A stretch of DNA of 64,000 nucleotides from Cirrosporium novae-zelandiae (Eukaryota): NCBI GenBank assembly GCA_026023565.1, contig JAPETS010000002.1, positions 744,001 through 808,000 on the forward strand. The letters run 5' to 3'. The notes beneath the pieces are model-generated. The model was not told the DNA's origin and made no database searches. It worked only from the letters and a program-made list of their open reading frames with translations. Numbering within the stretch: position 1 is the first letter of the stretch; each line of letters opens with the position of its first letter. Shown here piece after piece: positions 20,613-33,420 of this stretch. The translations under genes and the position numbers were made by a program.

Positions 20613-21719
20613 ATGATTTATGAATACTTGGATAGAGTGCTACACATACTGCATCTGGATAAAAATAAAAAAAGCATGAGTCAACCTAGCGACGAAATTA
20701 AAACAGATGGGAAAAGCCCATCCCCCCAAGGGCATCACTGTCCTTCGAGTTCGAAAGGTCTCGAAACGCAACCGCCACTCAACGCATCCTCTATTCGAGA
20801 TTTAAATCGCTCTCTCAACTCGATCCTACGTGATGACTGGATATATCCTCCGCCTACTGTCCCATCTTCTGCTACAACACCTTATCTCCTCACTACTCTT
20901 CAGCCTAACTCGGTAACATGGCTTCCGCGTACCTACTCTGACAGCTCAGGTTCATCTACTGATGAATTTGAGATGCCTATACGGTCAAAAAAAACCAAAA
21001 GGACCCCAGAGGAGAGGGAACAGAGGAGGCTAGCTAGGAGGAGAAGAAGAAGTCTTAGGGAACGAGAAGAGGAGGAGTGGAATGAGGGACTTAGGTGTTG
21101 GAGGGAGAGAAGAGACGCCTGGAGCGGTGTCAGCTTTGGTCGAGAGCAAAGGAAAAAAGGAAATGAAGATGGGCAGGCTGAAACTGTGGATATATCCGAA
21201 AATCATAAAGCACCGCCGACAATATCTGATCCTCTCCCTACAGAAACAACCGAAAATCCTTCGGATACTGACCTTACGCCTTCTGAAGCCTCCTCTCCCT
21301 CCATTGTTGTCATTCCTAGTCCCTCCATGTCAGATTCTGATGAATCCCTTATTCCAACATCACTCCCACCCTTAATATCACCTTCTCTTCCGGTCCGCGC
21401 ATCTATTCAGCCCTCTTCATACAGCGCTATTTATACAAAAATAGTGATGGCAGGCTCAACCCCCACTATCCCTATTAATCTTTCTGATATGACAAAGGCT
21501 CTTGTTGAAGGGTGGAAGGGAGAAGGAAACTGGCCTCCCAAGAGTACGGTACCAACAACGAGTAGTGTAGGAGGTAATGCCGGCGGGGGGTTAAGTGGGG
21601 TTGGAGCATGGGAAGCTAAGGCAGTTGTGAAGGAAGTTAAGAAATATAATGGGGTCCGGGGGAAGGTTAAGAGGTTAATCGGCTTGGAAAGGGGAGAGAA
21701 GAGTGGGAAAACAGGATAA
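20613..21719 (+). CDS. Gag1-like clamp (DUF4050) domain protein
   Basis: 368-aa ORF with WNEGLRCWRERRDAWSG and IYTKIV...TPTIPINLSDMTKALVEGWKGEGNWPPK motifs. Confidence 0.75.
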   Translation: MIYEYLDRVLHILHLDKNKKSMSQPSDEIKTDGKSPSPQGHHCPSSSKGLETQPPLNASSIRDLNRSLNSILRDDWIYPPPTVPSSATTPYLLTTLQPNSVTWLPRTYSDSSGSSTDEFEMPIRSKKTKRTPEEREQRRLARRRRRSLREREEEEWNEGLRCWRERRDAWSGVSFGREQRKKGNEDGQAETVDISENHKAPPTISDPLPTETTENPSDTDLTPSEASSPSIVVIPSPSMSDSDESLIPTSLPPLISPSLPVRASIQPSSYSAIYTKIVMAGSTPTIPINLSDMTKALVEGWKGEGNWPPKSTVPTTSSVGGNAGGGLSGVGAWEAKAVVKEVKKYNGVRGKVKRLIGLERGEKSGKTG

Positions 21720-23637
21720 TCATTGCCAGTGATTAGTACCAGTACAAGAAGGATGAGGGAAGATTGAACGGTTCAGCATAAGCACAGGAAATTTCTACAT
21801 GAACTTTCGGTGCGAAGAATGCGAGGGCTGGGCTACGATTTTATGACTTTGATGGCCTTTGGATATAGTAAATAACAATGGACATGAGAATTTTTTTATT
21901 TGATATTCTATTATGCTTAAACTACCCGACAATATTGTAGTTTGGCCTTGAAAACTTAGTAGCTCATTTGCGGTCCCAAGCCCTATCCATTGTTCGTATT
22001 GGATATTAATTTATTTTGCACAAAATTAAGCAGACAAAGTAACAACTGAGTCTCAATGTATATCTAATGAATAGATTGAAAATTACCAAACCTATAACAA
22101 AGCTATTAGCCTTAGTCCAAACAAAGCTTGCGACAGTAATGGAATGAGGGAAAACAAAGATCAGACATCCAAGGAAGTTGGGCTAAGCCCATGCGCTCAT
22201 CGAATCGTCGACTTATTAGGTTCATGCGACGTCTAGCGTGGAAACTGCGAGCGTGGAAGCTTGTTTCATCATATCGATGTGTTATACAGAGGATAGCAAA
22301 GGGAAAAAAAATCATACCTTGGCTATAGTTGAGGGCCGAGGGACTCGTGGAGAGGATTCTAAGGGAAAGAAATCCTATCAGCTCGTTAGCTATTGTGGAA
22401 CCATGAAATATTTAATAAGAAAAAGCAGGTAAGGTTTGAAGGTCAGACAAAGTATACTGGCAAGTAGCAGGTACACCGGGAAAGGTGACCCGAATAAAAT
22501 TGACTTCACGGTCGATTCAGACAGATTAAGAAGTAAGGATGTTGTCATCTTCCCAAGAAAGCGTTGGAAGAAGGTAGGAGAGAAGAAGGATGGATAAGCT
22601 TACCGTTTAGATAGACAGTCAAAGTGAAGAATTTGGAATTTGGAAAGAAGAGGGGAAGAAGGAGGAAAGCGAGTACTAAGAAGGGGATAGAAAGAGAGAG
22701 AGAGAGAAGAAAAAAAATTTCAAAAGGGTTTTTTATAAGAGGAATTAGAAATGCTAAGCGACAATGGTTAGCGCTAGCACTACAAATAGACTAAGGACAG
22801 ACTGACTGAACTGACTGGACTCACTGGACTTGCTGGTGGCAGAGACACCCTAGAACATCAAGAACGCCTGATTAAACTGCCATCCTAATCCCAACGAACA
22901 CCTACCATCCCATCACCTCATCTAATAATATACCTACCTCCAACGTCCATTCCTTTAACACGTCAATTGTTGCTCTCTAGATATGCCGGATATTCTTACT
23001 ATTCTCCTCTCCCTTCGGTGATGCGCGCTTTCCCCTGTCAACCACCTCAATCGCTTTTGTCTGATTCTTGCCCGGAGTCGCATACGGAGATTACGAGCTG
23101 AAATTCGCGCCAACTACGACAGAAATCCAAAGTAGAATTCTATACGTCGTCTCTTGCCTTGCGAGATCGATAGCGAACACGAAAAATCCCACCCCCGATC
23201 ATCCTCTCCCACTCGAACGAGTTTCTGTCGCACAGAGCACTTCCAACCCATCGCAACATCGACGGTATTTTCCGCGAATGCGCAGACCTATCCACGATCC
23301 CTCTATCCTGAGATGCAATAATTTGAGACCGTGACTGTTGAAAACGTGGGAGTTCTGGTGTCAAACCCCGACCACGCTGATGCCCACTTGAGGGTGTTAA
23401 GGTCCCGTTAACTAGTAGCGGTGTCCACTTCTGAGTGAGCGGATAATTCTCTAATATCTAGGATACAGGGCGTCTTGGTCTGGCTGAGTTTGGAATATTC
23501 TATATTTATCGAAAGGCTCATTATTGCGGCCTTCCTATCAACCCCCTCTTCCCAGCCTACTATACATCGATTCTTTCCCTCTACTCCACCGCGCGATTTC
23601 CACAGTCAGCTTTGGGCCGACATTTTTACAAGCAACA

Positions 23638-26591
23638 ATGATCAGCATGGCTCAACCGCCCTTTCCTGCTCACCAGGTCGGGATCCCACAACATGGCGGA
23701 ATGCCTCATGGCCATCCGATGGCACCACAACCTCCAAACCCGGGACAAATGGCTGGACAAGCTCCAGGAGCGGGCATGGTACCGCAAATGCATCCTGGAG
23801 TATCAGCACCTGGCGGGCCACAAGTTAGCCAGGCTGGACCTATGATGGCAGGTATGCCACCAGGTGTCGGAGGTGCTGGCGGTGGACCGAATGCTCATGC
23901 TCTTTCTCACTTGAATCCTAATCAACCCCAAATGTTTCAACACCAACAACAAATGAGTAAGCATTATACCCATTCACTAGTATCATAACTTTTACATCTG
24001 TTGGACTGGAATTTGTGTAATTTGTTTTGGTTTCTGTGAATTTCGGCTAAGAAGAGCATCATTCCGTTTACCACTTTGACTTTACCCAAATGTGTTCGAG
24101 CTTTGAGTCGTTTACTTTATCAACTGTTTCATAACAAAATCCCGAGGCCATGGATCATAAATTTACTTTCCAGGGCGTTCATACCTGTTTTCCGAACCGT
24201 TGGACTGACATTCATGTAGTAGCCAATAATCCACAACTTTATCATCAACAACAACAGATGCTGCAACGTCGACAGATGATGTATCAACAGCACCAACAAC
24301 AACAAATACAACAAAATGGTGGAATTCCTGTAACGATGCCAAATGGCACTATCGGCGGAATGAGCCAGGCAACATTTGCAGCCATGCAACAAGCAGCAGG
24401 TCCTCAACTACGTATGAATATGGCCGCTGGCATGCCTAATTTACCTCAACACCTCCAACAGCAACTACAGGCACAACATAATCAACAGCCTCAGCAGCAT
24501 GCGATGCAACAACAGCAAGCTTTGGCGCAGCAGCTGGCGATGCAACACGCGACTAGCCAAGGTAGCAATCAAAGCCAGGGTGGTGGTCCAGTTCAACAGC
24601 CTCAGATGAGGCCAAATATGAATGAAGCTCAAGCGGCAGCGGCAGCTCAGCAGCAGCAGCAGCAGCAACAACACCAACAGCAACACCAACAGCAGCAACA
24701 ACAACAACATCAGCAGCAACAACAGGCACAACATCAGCAGCAACAGCAGCAACAACAAGCACAGCACCAGCAGCAGCAGCAGCAACACCAGCAGCAACAG
24801 CAGCAACAAGCCCAGCACCAGCAACAAGCCCAGCACCAGCAGCAACAAGCCCAGCACCAGCAACAAGCCCAGCACCAGCAGCAACAAGCCCAGCAGCAGG
24901 CCCAGCAACAGCAGCAAGCACAGCAACAGCAACAAGCACAACAGCAGCAGCAGCAACAACAACAGCAAGCACAGTCGCAAGCCCAAGCTCAAAACCAATC
25001 ACAGCCACAAAACCAAGTTCAACAAACCCCACAGGCTAGTCAACAAGGCCAACCTAATCAACAGCAACAACAAGCATTGCAACAGCAACAACAGCAGTAT
25101 CGGGCAGATGCACAGGCTCAAAAACAAATGATGCTGCACTCCCGCATGCAAAATCTCAAGGGGCAGTCAATATTAAGCATAATACAATTCGGAGATCACC
25201 TAAGCGCTTTTTCAGTAAGCCTCCTATGTGAAATCCCTGTGGATATAAGCATATACTGATGTACTTCTAGAAAGACACCGCGGAAAATAATATTTCATAC
25301 TGGCAATCCTTCGTACAACGCTTTTTCTCTCGTACTGGTGTCTTACGGCATAACCTCTTGGATTCACATGATCATAGCTCAAAGCAATTCGAGATATCGG
25401 TCGTCTTGCTTCCCCGGTATTATTGGACTCATTTTAATAGCGGTATTTCAAATATCAGGATGATATTAGAAAAGGCCGTTGAAAAGGATCTAGCGAATGG
25501 TGGCCATTTTGTGGAAAGCTTGAAATCTTCTTTTATTTATCATTTTGATAATAACTCTATGGTTTGTCTCTTTGGTCTGGGTTTATGTCTAGGCTAACAT
25601 TTGCTATAGATGGTTACGTCAGGTAACCTTCGAGTACAGTTTGATTCCAATGGCAAGATAGATGTACTCGATGTAGTGATCCAGGACTTCAAAGAATACG
25701 TTCCCCGCGACCAAGTGTCTGCTAAGATTGAATCCCCCGACCAAAACAAAAGCCCTAGAGCTACGACAAAATCTGCTAAGCAAAAGCAACCTAAAAATCC
25801 ACCGCCGCAGCCGATGAAGCCCACCTTATGCATGCCTGATTGCAAAGTAACTGAACTTGGTGTAACGAGAGCTGTTCAGCAATTTCTGGAGGTAAATCAA
25901 CCCCTATTCATCCTAGCAATTACTCTACTGATGACCCCAGATTGCCGAAACTATGTCATCTATGGCGCCTATAATGCAAGCCTATCATAACAATCCTGGA
26001 GTGTCCCCGGAAGATGCTCTTCGTCAGTTGGTGGCTGGATTCCAATCAGCTCCAACTCCTACCATGCCTCCACAGATTATGAACAACATGAATAACATGA
26101 ACAACATGAATAACATGAACAACATGAACAACATGAATAGCATAAACAGTATGAACAGCATTGGCATGAACAATATGCAACACAGTATGCAACAACCACC
26201 CCCTGGCTCTCGTACTCCCTCCTTCGCCAATCCTAATCATTTTGCATCTCCCGCTATGGCCCACCTTGCTCCTCCCGGTGTCATGCAAGGTTCTCCCCAT
26301 CTTGGCGGTCCTCATCCATTACCACAACAGATGCCTAGTCCTGCCCAGAACCATATGGCCGGTCCCAATGCCGTGACAATGGCCCGTCAAGTAAGCCAGC
26401 AAAACGCAAGCGCTAGTGGTAGTCAAGGTACAAGCACAAATACGAGTCCCCATATAACGAACAAAAAACGAAGGGCAAGCGCTGTAAAAGTTGAAGATGA
26501 CACCGCTGGTGGCATAGAGGTCAATGGAACTGGGCAGAAGGTCAAAGCCAGCCCAAGAACAGGTACGAAGAAACAGAAACAAAATGCATGA
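23638..26591 (+). CDS. ptaB: LIM-domain-binding transcriptional co-regulator (PtaB/Mfg1/Adn1 family), polyQ-rich
   Basis: Exons 23638-23956, 24220-25214, 25271-25561, 25610-25891, 25941-26591, all GT-AG and in phase; QFGDHLSAF...YWQSFVQRFFSRTGVLR...KQFEISVVLLPRYYWTHFNSG...GVTRAVQQFLEIAETMSSM; NLS NKKRRAS. Confidence 0.88.
24648..25096 (+). repeat. Coding CAG/CAA polyglutamine region with AQHQQQ units
   Basis: About 150 codons dominated by CAG/CAA, with repeated caagcccagcaccagcaa units. Confidence 0.95.
26079..26177 (+). repeat. Coding 9-bp tandem repeat ATGAA(C/T)AAC encoding (MNN)n
   Basis: MNNMNNMNNMNNMNNMNNMNSINSMNSIGMNNM in the last ptaB exon. Confidence 0.9.
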
Positions 26592-28256
26592 AATATGGAG
26601 CATTGAGGGAGGCTCCTCTCAAATTGTCGAAGATTGGTTGGAAGCCAAAGGATTGAGTATATCGACACAACTACTATACAGTGAACAAGGGTCGAGCCGA
26701 ACGACGGTTTTATATGACTCAATATCAACGAAAACACCTCAGAAAGGCCTCCTCAACCTCGCTTCCAACGGATTGCATCAAGGGCGTTGGTGGAATAAGA
26801 AAATGACCGCATACAAAGCGGCGTACAGGTCGATCTCAAAATGGAATGGCTAGGAGATCAGATTTCTGTCTTATATCTAACTTTACTATCGGGTGTCTGG
26901 ACTGGTTCTGAATAGGCGGTTGTGGGAACTTTGATCATAAGTTTTTATCGCAAGCGAGGCGTTTATCATATTTTCTACTATATGTTTATCGGGTTCATAT
27001 GTTTGCGTCATTGCCCATTTGAATAAATCGTTTCTCGATCTTGATTTGAATCTCTTTTGGTGGGATCAGGGCGTTCACACTCAGGTTCATTTACGGGGAT
27101 AGCAAGGGAGTGAAGGTTGCGAGGCAAAAAGAAAAGAAAAGAAGGCAAGGTTCCTATGATATCCATTCCAAAGTACGTGTCCGAGGACTCTTTTCTTTGG
27201 CCTATTTTCTCTGGATAAGGGCAATGGTAGGGAATGTTGGTGTGGGGGCTCTGACAAAGAATGGATGTATGGATCCGATAGCATATACCCCCTTGCTTTC
27301 CTTACTTTAGAAAGAAGTGTGTATTTCCTTTTTCCTTTTTTATTTTTAACTTTTTTGGTGTAATGGTTTTGTTTGCAAAGGGTAGTCCGGTGATGTCCAT
27401 TGAAACGTTTTAACTATGGGAAATCGTGTGTGTTGGGGGTGATCTCTCTCTCTCTCTCTTTGCTTTGCTTTTTTTTTCGCTTTGTTCGAAGGAAACTCTA
27501 TTTTCATTTTAAGGTGGGCATTAAGGAGGGTAGGGAGGGAGGGAAGTGTGTGGATCGCAATCCAATTTGGGTTTTCTTTTTTATTGCTTTTCCTCGTCCT
27601 TTTGTGTGTCAAGCACAAGGAATATGGTATGAAATGGTCGGAAATGGTCATCTGGTGGGCGTGTGTGTATCATAAACTATAGCTATCGTTTTTATTGCTT
27701 CCTTTTCGTTTTTTTAGCTAAAGGTGTTTTTTTGTTTTTGTTTTTCAAACTCATAAGTAACTATTCTATATCTATAAACATAACTTGATTTATTGGCTTT
27801 TTTTATTTGGTGTGAAATCATGAATAAAAAATAAATAAAAGAGTGTGCGTGAGAAAAGAGGAATCAGAATCGGTCAGTCTGGTTAGTCAGTCGGAGGAAG
27901 CTTCGTGAGCTTTTTGGTAAAAACAGTAATGTAGTTAAAGGATTAAATATAGTTAGAGATGGATGCACTATACTACTACACTGGATCACATTTATCTGCT
28001 GAGGGGTCTGTCGATAAGACTCTTATAGCGCTTACATTCCTAATTTTAATTTTTTGAACGTGTTACCTGTCACTTTAATTGCAGATTTTGTTTTGTTTTG
28101 TTTCCAGTTTGATTGTTTACTTAGCTGTCAAATTGGGGGAAAGAGTCATAAAGATTTAGATGGCGAGAAGAGAGAAGAGAGATGAGAGTATTTGAGTTTC
28201 TTAGGAGGAAAGGAGTAAATAAAAAAAACTTCATACCTATCCGTCTATCAGCCTTA

Positions 28257-29943
28257 CTATTTAAGCCATTTTTTCAAGCCTCTCAGCCGCTCCTTTGCGT
28301 CTTCTAATACATGGTCCTCCTTGCACACTGCAAACCGGAGATAATCTTCGGCCACCCGCGCATTCTTATCCGTATAAAATTCTGTTGGCGGGATCGCCGC
28401 GACGCCGAGCTCCTTGATCAAGAACCAACTGAGTTTAAAATCCCGCGGCCGGCTAGCAACATGCTCGGGGAAGGGGTAATCCGCGGGTAGCTGCACACGC
28501 GCCAAGTTCACTAGAACAAAGTATCCGCCTTCGGGGATAGAGTAGGGCAGACCCAGCTCGTCCCAGATGGCGTTGAAGCGCTCCTGCTTCGCCATCATTT
28601 CTTTTCTACTCTGGTCCCAGAATCCTTCTTCGTCCGCTTTTTCGAAGCCTACGGCGGCGGCTTCTTGGAGGGGTGAGACGCTCGAATAGCAGATCCTGGT
28701 GTGTGCGGCGCTAACATGTTTGATTAGGTTTGCAGGACCCATCAGCCACCCGACCCGCCAGCCCGTGGCGTAGAAGTTCTTGCCTGCCGAACCTACGGTG
28801 ATGGTGTGGGCGTAGAGTTCTGGGGAGAGGACTGCCGGACGCGGATACGGCACGTAGGCTAATCGGTCGTAGACTTCATCCGAGAGCAGGATCAGCCCGT
28901 TTTTGATGCAGTAGTCTCCTATTCGGAGGAGCTCTTCTTTGCTAAGAATTTTGCCTACCGGATTGTGCGGGGAGTTAATAACGATCATACGGGTTTTCGG
29001 ATTTATGGACTTCCCGAGTTCTTCCCAGTCGATACTCCAGTTTGCGGCGGAGGAGGTCTTGGTTGCACCATCGGCCGGTGGGTGCATCGGAACGTAGCGA
29101 ATAGTGCCGCCGGCCATACCAATATTACTGATGTATCTAGATGCATGGAATGAGTATGTATTTTTGAGGGAAGGTTTAGAGGAAGTGGGTGGGGGCTTAC
29201 TGGTCGAAGAAAGGTTCGAAGATTATTACCTCGTCGCCAGGCTCGATGAAGGCCATGAAGGCACTGAGCATACCTATTCATTATTACATCAATAAGGTAT
29301 TCACGACCTTTCAATGGTGAAACTAACCTTCGTTAGCTCCTGTGCTAATTGTGACCTCGGTCTCTGGATCCAACTGTCTCCCAAATATCGGGCTGTAGGC
29401 TTTTGCAATGGCTTTCTTTAATCGAGGACGTCCCTATAACAGCTCAGCACCTGCTCTTACAGTAACTCCATTAGGGACATAGATAGTACTTTAGTAGGAG
29501 AGTACTGATTGCAATCGACCCTGTCCAGGGCTTCTTTTGCAGCATCAATGACAAATTGGGGAGGGTTATAACCACTACAATAAGTTAGAATCCTTGTCAA
29601 CGTTCTCGAGACATGGTAGAAGTAGCATACTCACAAGAAACCTTGGCCCATGTTCACAATCGGCTGAATGGGAGAAGCTGCTGCTGCTTCATTGACAATA
29701 CTCCTAGAAACGACGCATTAGTCTACGTTGTGGTGTGCCATGGGAATTCAACTGATCATACCAGACGTCTTGTCTCTGACCAGCGACACGCTCGGCTGGC
29801 CTTATGCCATTTGGTAGAGAGGAATTGGCCGACATGGTTGCTTTAAGAGTGGGGGATCTGATGGATATGCGATTACGGATTTTGGAACAAACAGATAGAC
29901 TCTGATGTCTTAAAGGACTCAAAAGAATATTTTTTGGGGGCAT
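28257..29943 (-). CDS. BNA3: Kynurenine aminotransferase / class I PLP aminotransferase
   Basis: Exons 29943(or 29835)-29762, 29703-29635, 29574-29490, 29433-29328, 29273-29201, 29136-28257; DVWSIVNEAAA, NMGQGFFGYNPP, NSPHNPVGK, SDEVY, PLP-lysine motif GSAGKNFYATGWRVGW. Confidence 0.92.
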
Positions 29944-30335
29944 GTGGGATATCAGGGATATATACCATAGTAAAGATAGAGGTATAGATTCTGCAATCAG
30001 TTGTTATCTATGAGTCTTCATATTTCTTAATGAGGTTGGTGGTGGGGGGGGGGGGCATTTGATTTAAAATACGATAATTAATGAGGTGCGATGACGAAAT
30101 TCGTAGTGACCAAGGCCGATTACCGGGAGACGGGGGGACCTGGGAATTAAGAATTCGATACGAGTACTATGTAAGATACAAACATTAACATCTATATCCT
30201 ATTGTGCTATGTACTGTGTAAGATATAATTCCTAGACCGTACCAAAAGTACAATACTGTAAATGCATGGTTTTGGGCATTTCGCTAATTAATTAATGGAA
30301 TTGTGTAAAAATCAAAGATTGATTCCTTTTAATCC

Positions 30336-30370
30336 ACGCGCTACGACGCGTATCTAATCGCCAGACGCGT
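30336..30370. promoter_or_regulatory. MCB element cluster upstream of mgs1
   Basis: ACGCGT at 30346-30351 and 30365-30370 plus ACGCGC at 30336-30341, within 90 bp of the ATG. Confidence 0.7.
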
Positions 30371-30422
30371 TACTTCATACCGAGGACCAGTAGTAGTTTG
30401 TTTAAAGGGTTAGGTCTTCAAT

Positions 30423-32127
30423 ATGATTGATTGTCCGATATGTGGGAAACACGTGAAAGAACTCAATATCAATGCCCACATCGATTCGTCCTGCCAGTCC
30501 TTTATCGAGGGCGAAATTTCATCCAGTCCGGGTGATGCATCAACGAACACTCCCTCACAGAAGAAGCATCTGCCCGTCTCCAGTTTCTTTCAGCCACCTT
30601 CAGCCCGAAATGCCGTCGAGCCAACTACTTCCAAAACACCAAAAACAACGCATATTGGCTCCCTATCAGGGAACAAACGGTCTGCCAACGCCATCGATGA
30701 AGGCCAAGCGAATATTTCTTCTCCAAAACTCAGTACTTCAGATGGAGAAGGTCCATTGAAGCGCCCCAAAACAACGGCGCTACAGAGGGCTGCACCGCTA
30801 GCAGAACGCATGCGACCTAGAACACTGGATGATGTTTGTGGACAGGAATTGGTTGGTGAAAATGGAGTTCTTAGAGGGTTGATTGAACAAGATCGAGTTC
30901 CTTCAATGATCCTATGGGGAGGTATGTGTTTGCTCGGCCCATCATAGAAGGTCCAAGATTACTTATATGCTATCAGGTCCCGGTAGCGGAAAAACAACAA
31001 TCGCACGAGTCATTGCGAAAACGGTTGGAAATCGTTTCGTCGAGATCAACAGTACTAGTTCTGGAGTAGCAGAGTGCAAGAAGATATTCGCCGAGGCCAA
31101 ATCTGAATTGAGCCTTACGGGAAGGAAAACAATATTGTTCTGCGATGAGATACACCGATTTTCAAAAACCCAACAAGATGTCCTTCTGGGCCCTGTCGAG
31201 AGTGGCCTTGTTACATTCATCGGTGCCACAACCGAAAACCCTTCCTTCAAACTCCAAAATGCACTGCTATCCCGCTGTCGAACATTTACTTTACAAAAAC
31301 TAACCGACGAGGATGTAAGCTCCATACTGCGACGTGCTCTTTCGGAAGAAGCCCGACAAACAGGAATGGATCCCTCAAATCGCCGCTTCTTCCCTTCTCT
31401 CATCGACTCCGAGTTCATCCAATACATGAGCTCCTTTGCGGACGGTGATGCCAGAACAGCGCTAAATCTCCTCGATCTAGCCATGGACCTATCTACCAGA
31501 AAAGGAATGAGCAAATCAGAGATGAAGAAATCCCTAACAAAAACCCTAGTCTACGATCGAGCTGGCGATCAACACTATGACACCATCTCAGCCTTCCACA
31601 AAAGCATCCGCGGAAGTGACCCGGACGCCGCTCTCTACTACCTCGCACGCATGCTACAGAGCGGCGAGGACCCAAAGTACATCGCCCGCCGCCTCTGCGT
31701 TGTCGCCTCCGAAGACATCGGACTCGCAGATAACTCCATGCTCTCCCTCGCCACAGCCACCTACGCTGCCGCAGAACGCCTCGGCATGCCTGAATGCCGT
31801 ATCAACCTTGCTCACGCCACTGTCGCTATGGCCCTCTCCCCCAAATCAACACGCGCCTACCGCGGTCTCGCTAACGCCATGGCTGCGCTCCAAGAACCCG
31901 GTATCGCAGGTCTACCTATTCCAATCCATTTAAGGAATGCGCCTACGAGGTTGATGAAGGAGCTGGGATATGGCAAGGAATATAAATACAATCCAAATTA
32001 TCGGGAGGGCAAAGTACAGCAGGAGTACTTGCCTGAGAAGCTGAAAGGGAGACAGTTCCTAGAGGATCTGGACCTAGGAACGGAAGTCGATCCGGAGTAT
32101 GTTGAAGAGGAGGAAGAAGAAGAATGA
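30423..32127 (+). CDS. MGS1: DNA-dependent AAA ATPase Mgs1/WRNIP1/RarA with N-terminal UBZ zinc finger
   Basis: Exons 30423-30921 and 30977-32127; CPIC...[27 protein letters not shown] across the intron, [38 protein letters not shown]. Confidence 0.95.
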
Positions 32128-32889
32128 AAATACTCGGGCCGAAGAATTTTCGATGAATAGAATCACACAAAGAAGAATATAAATCAAAAAAAAGGGAAAG
32201 TATTAAAATCTTCGGGTGTTTGGAAATAAAAGGGAAGGTGGGTATTACTTGTACTATATATATATAACATACTAACATAAGGATCATGAGAAAGGGGAAA
32301 ATAAGAAGTTGAAAAAATATCTTCAGATTCCGGGCTTGTTGATACGTTAGAAAAATAATCATATCTCTCTTACAACATATTATCCTATAACCACCTAACC
32401 TACGTTCCAAAATTTCGTCAGAACCCCCCTTAGCTTTTTTTTTATATGTGTGTATTATTTGAACCTCTTTATGTACCTGGTTACAAATACCTTAGCTATT
32501 GTCTGATCCGACCTAATCCTCCAGACATCCCTTTCTTTCAAAACCATCCATCCAACTACTCACGAAAAGAAAATAGAACAACAAATTCTATAAATATCCT
32601 CCTCCCAACGATAGCCACTACAGATACAGTACATGTACAGTACACATATATCTCCTTCCCCCACATACACTCCTTCTTTTCTTTTTCCTTCAAAAGAAAA
32701 AAAGGAGGGGCGGAGTTTTCTATTTTTTATTATAATCATTAGGGGGAGAACTATGTTCTCCATTTCTGCCTAATCCGATTTTATTTGTTGTAACACTTGC
32801 TTGCTATGATAGAGAAAAAAAACCCCGAGGGTATCTAGCTAGCTAGGGGATGAAGAAAAAGAATTCTTGAAGAACCATCCTACCCAAAA

Positions 32890-32957
32890 CTATCCTATCC
32901 TATCCTGTCCTGTCCTGTCCTGTCCTGTCCTGTCCTGTCCTGTCCTGTCCTGTCCTG
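32890..32957 (+). repeat. Compound pentanucleotide microsatellite (CTATC)3(CTGTC)~10
   Basis: Directly visible tandem array between convergent genes. Confidence 0.95.
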
Positions 32958-33420
32958 CCATATCTAACCTCAGAAGTGGGTGAAGAAAAAAAATCCATTA
33001 GCTGAAAAAAAAAGTAACGAAAATTTGAAGATGCTTGGGGTATCTTGGATATCACGGCGTCATCATCATCGTTTATCGTCACCGTCATCGCCTTTTTTTT
33101 GGTTATCTCCGTTTGAGCAAAATATGTAAAACACTCAAGCGCTTATTTCAAGGAAGAAGAAAGAAGTAATTGCTGTCGCTTGCGCTTGTCTGATTAGAGT
33201 GAGGTAGGGAAAGGTGGTAACTAGGGTCGGCATATTCAATATGAGATTAGGTCTTATTTGTTAGCCTTGGTCTCGTCTGCGCCCTTGGTATCTTTGTTAC
33301 TAGTGTTGTGAGTCGGAGTAGTGGCGATAGTGGGGGTATTGGTGGTAGTGGCGGGGGTGAAAGCGGTAATGGTAGGAAGTGAAGCAATAGTAGTCGGAGC
33401 GGTGATAGTAGTAGGGTTGG

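Noticed and set aside
24465..25131. Poly-Leu, poly-Ala/Val and poly-Ser/Asn ORFs
   Set aside because: Antisense or shifted-frame shadows of the ptaB CAG/CAA tract.
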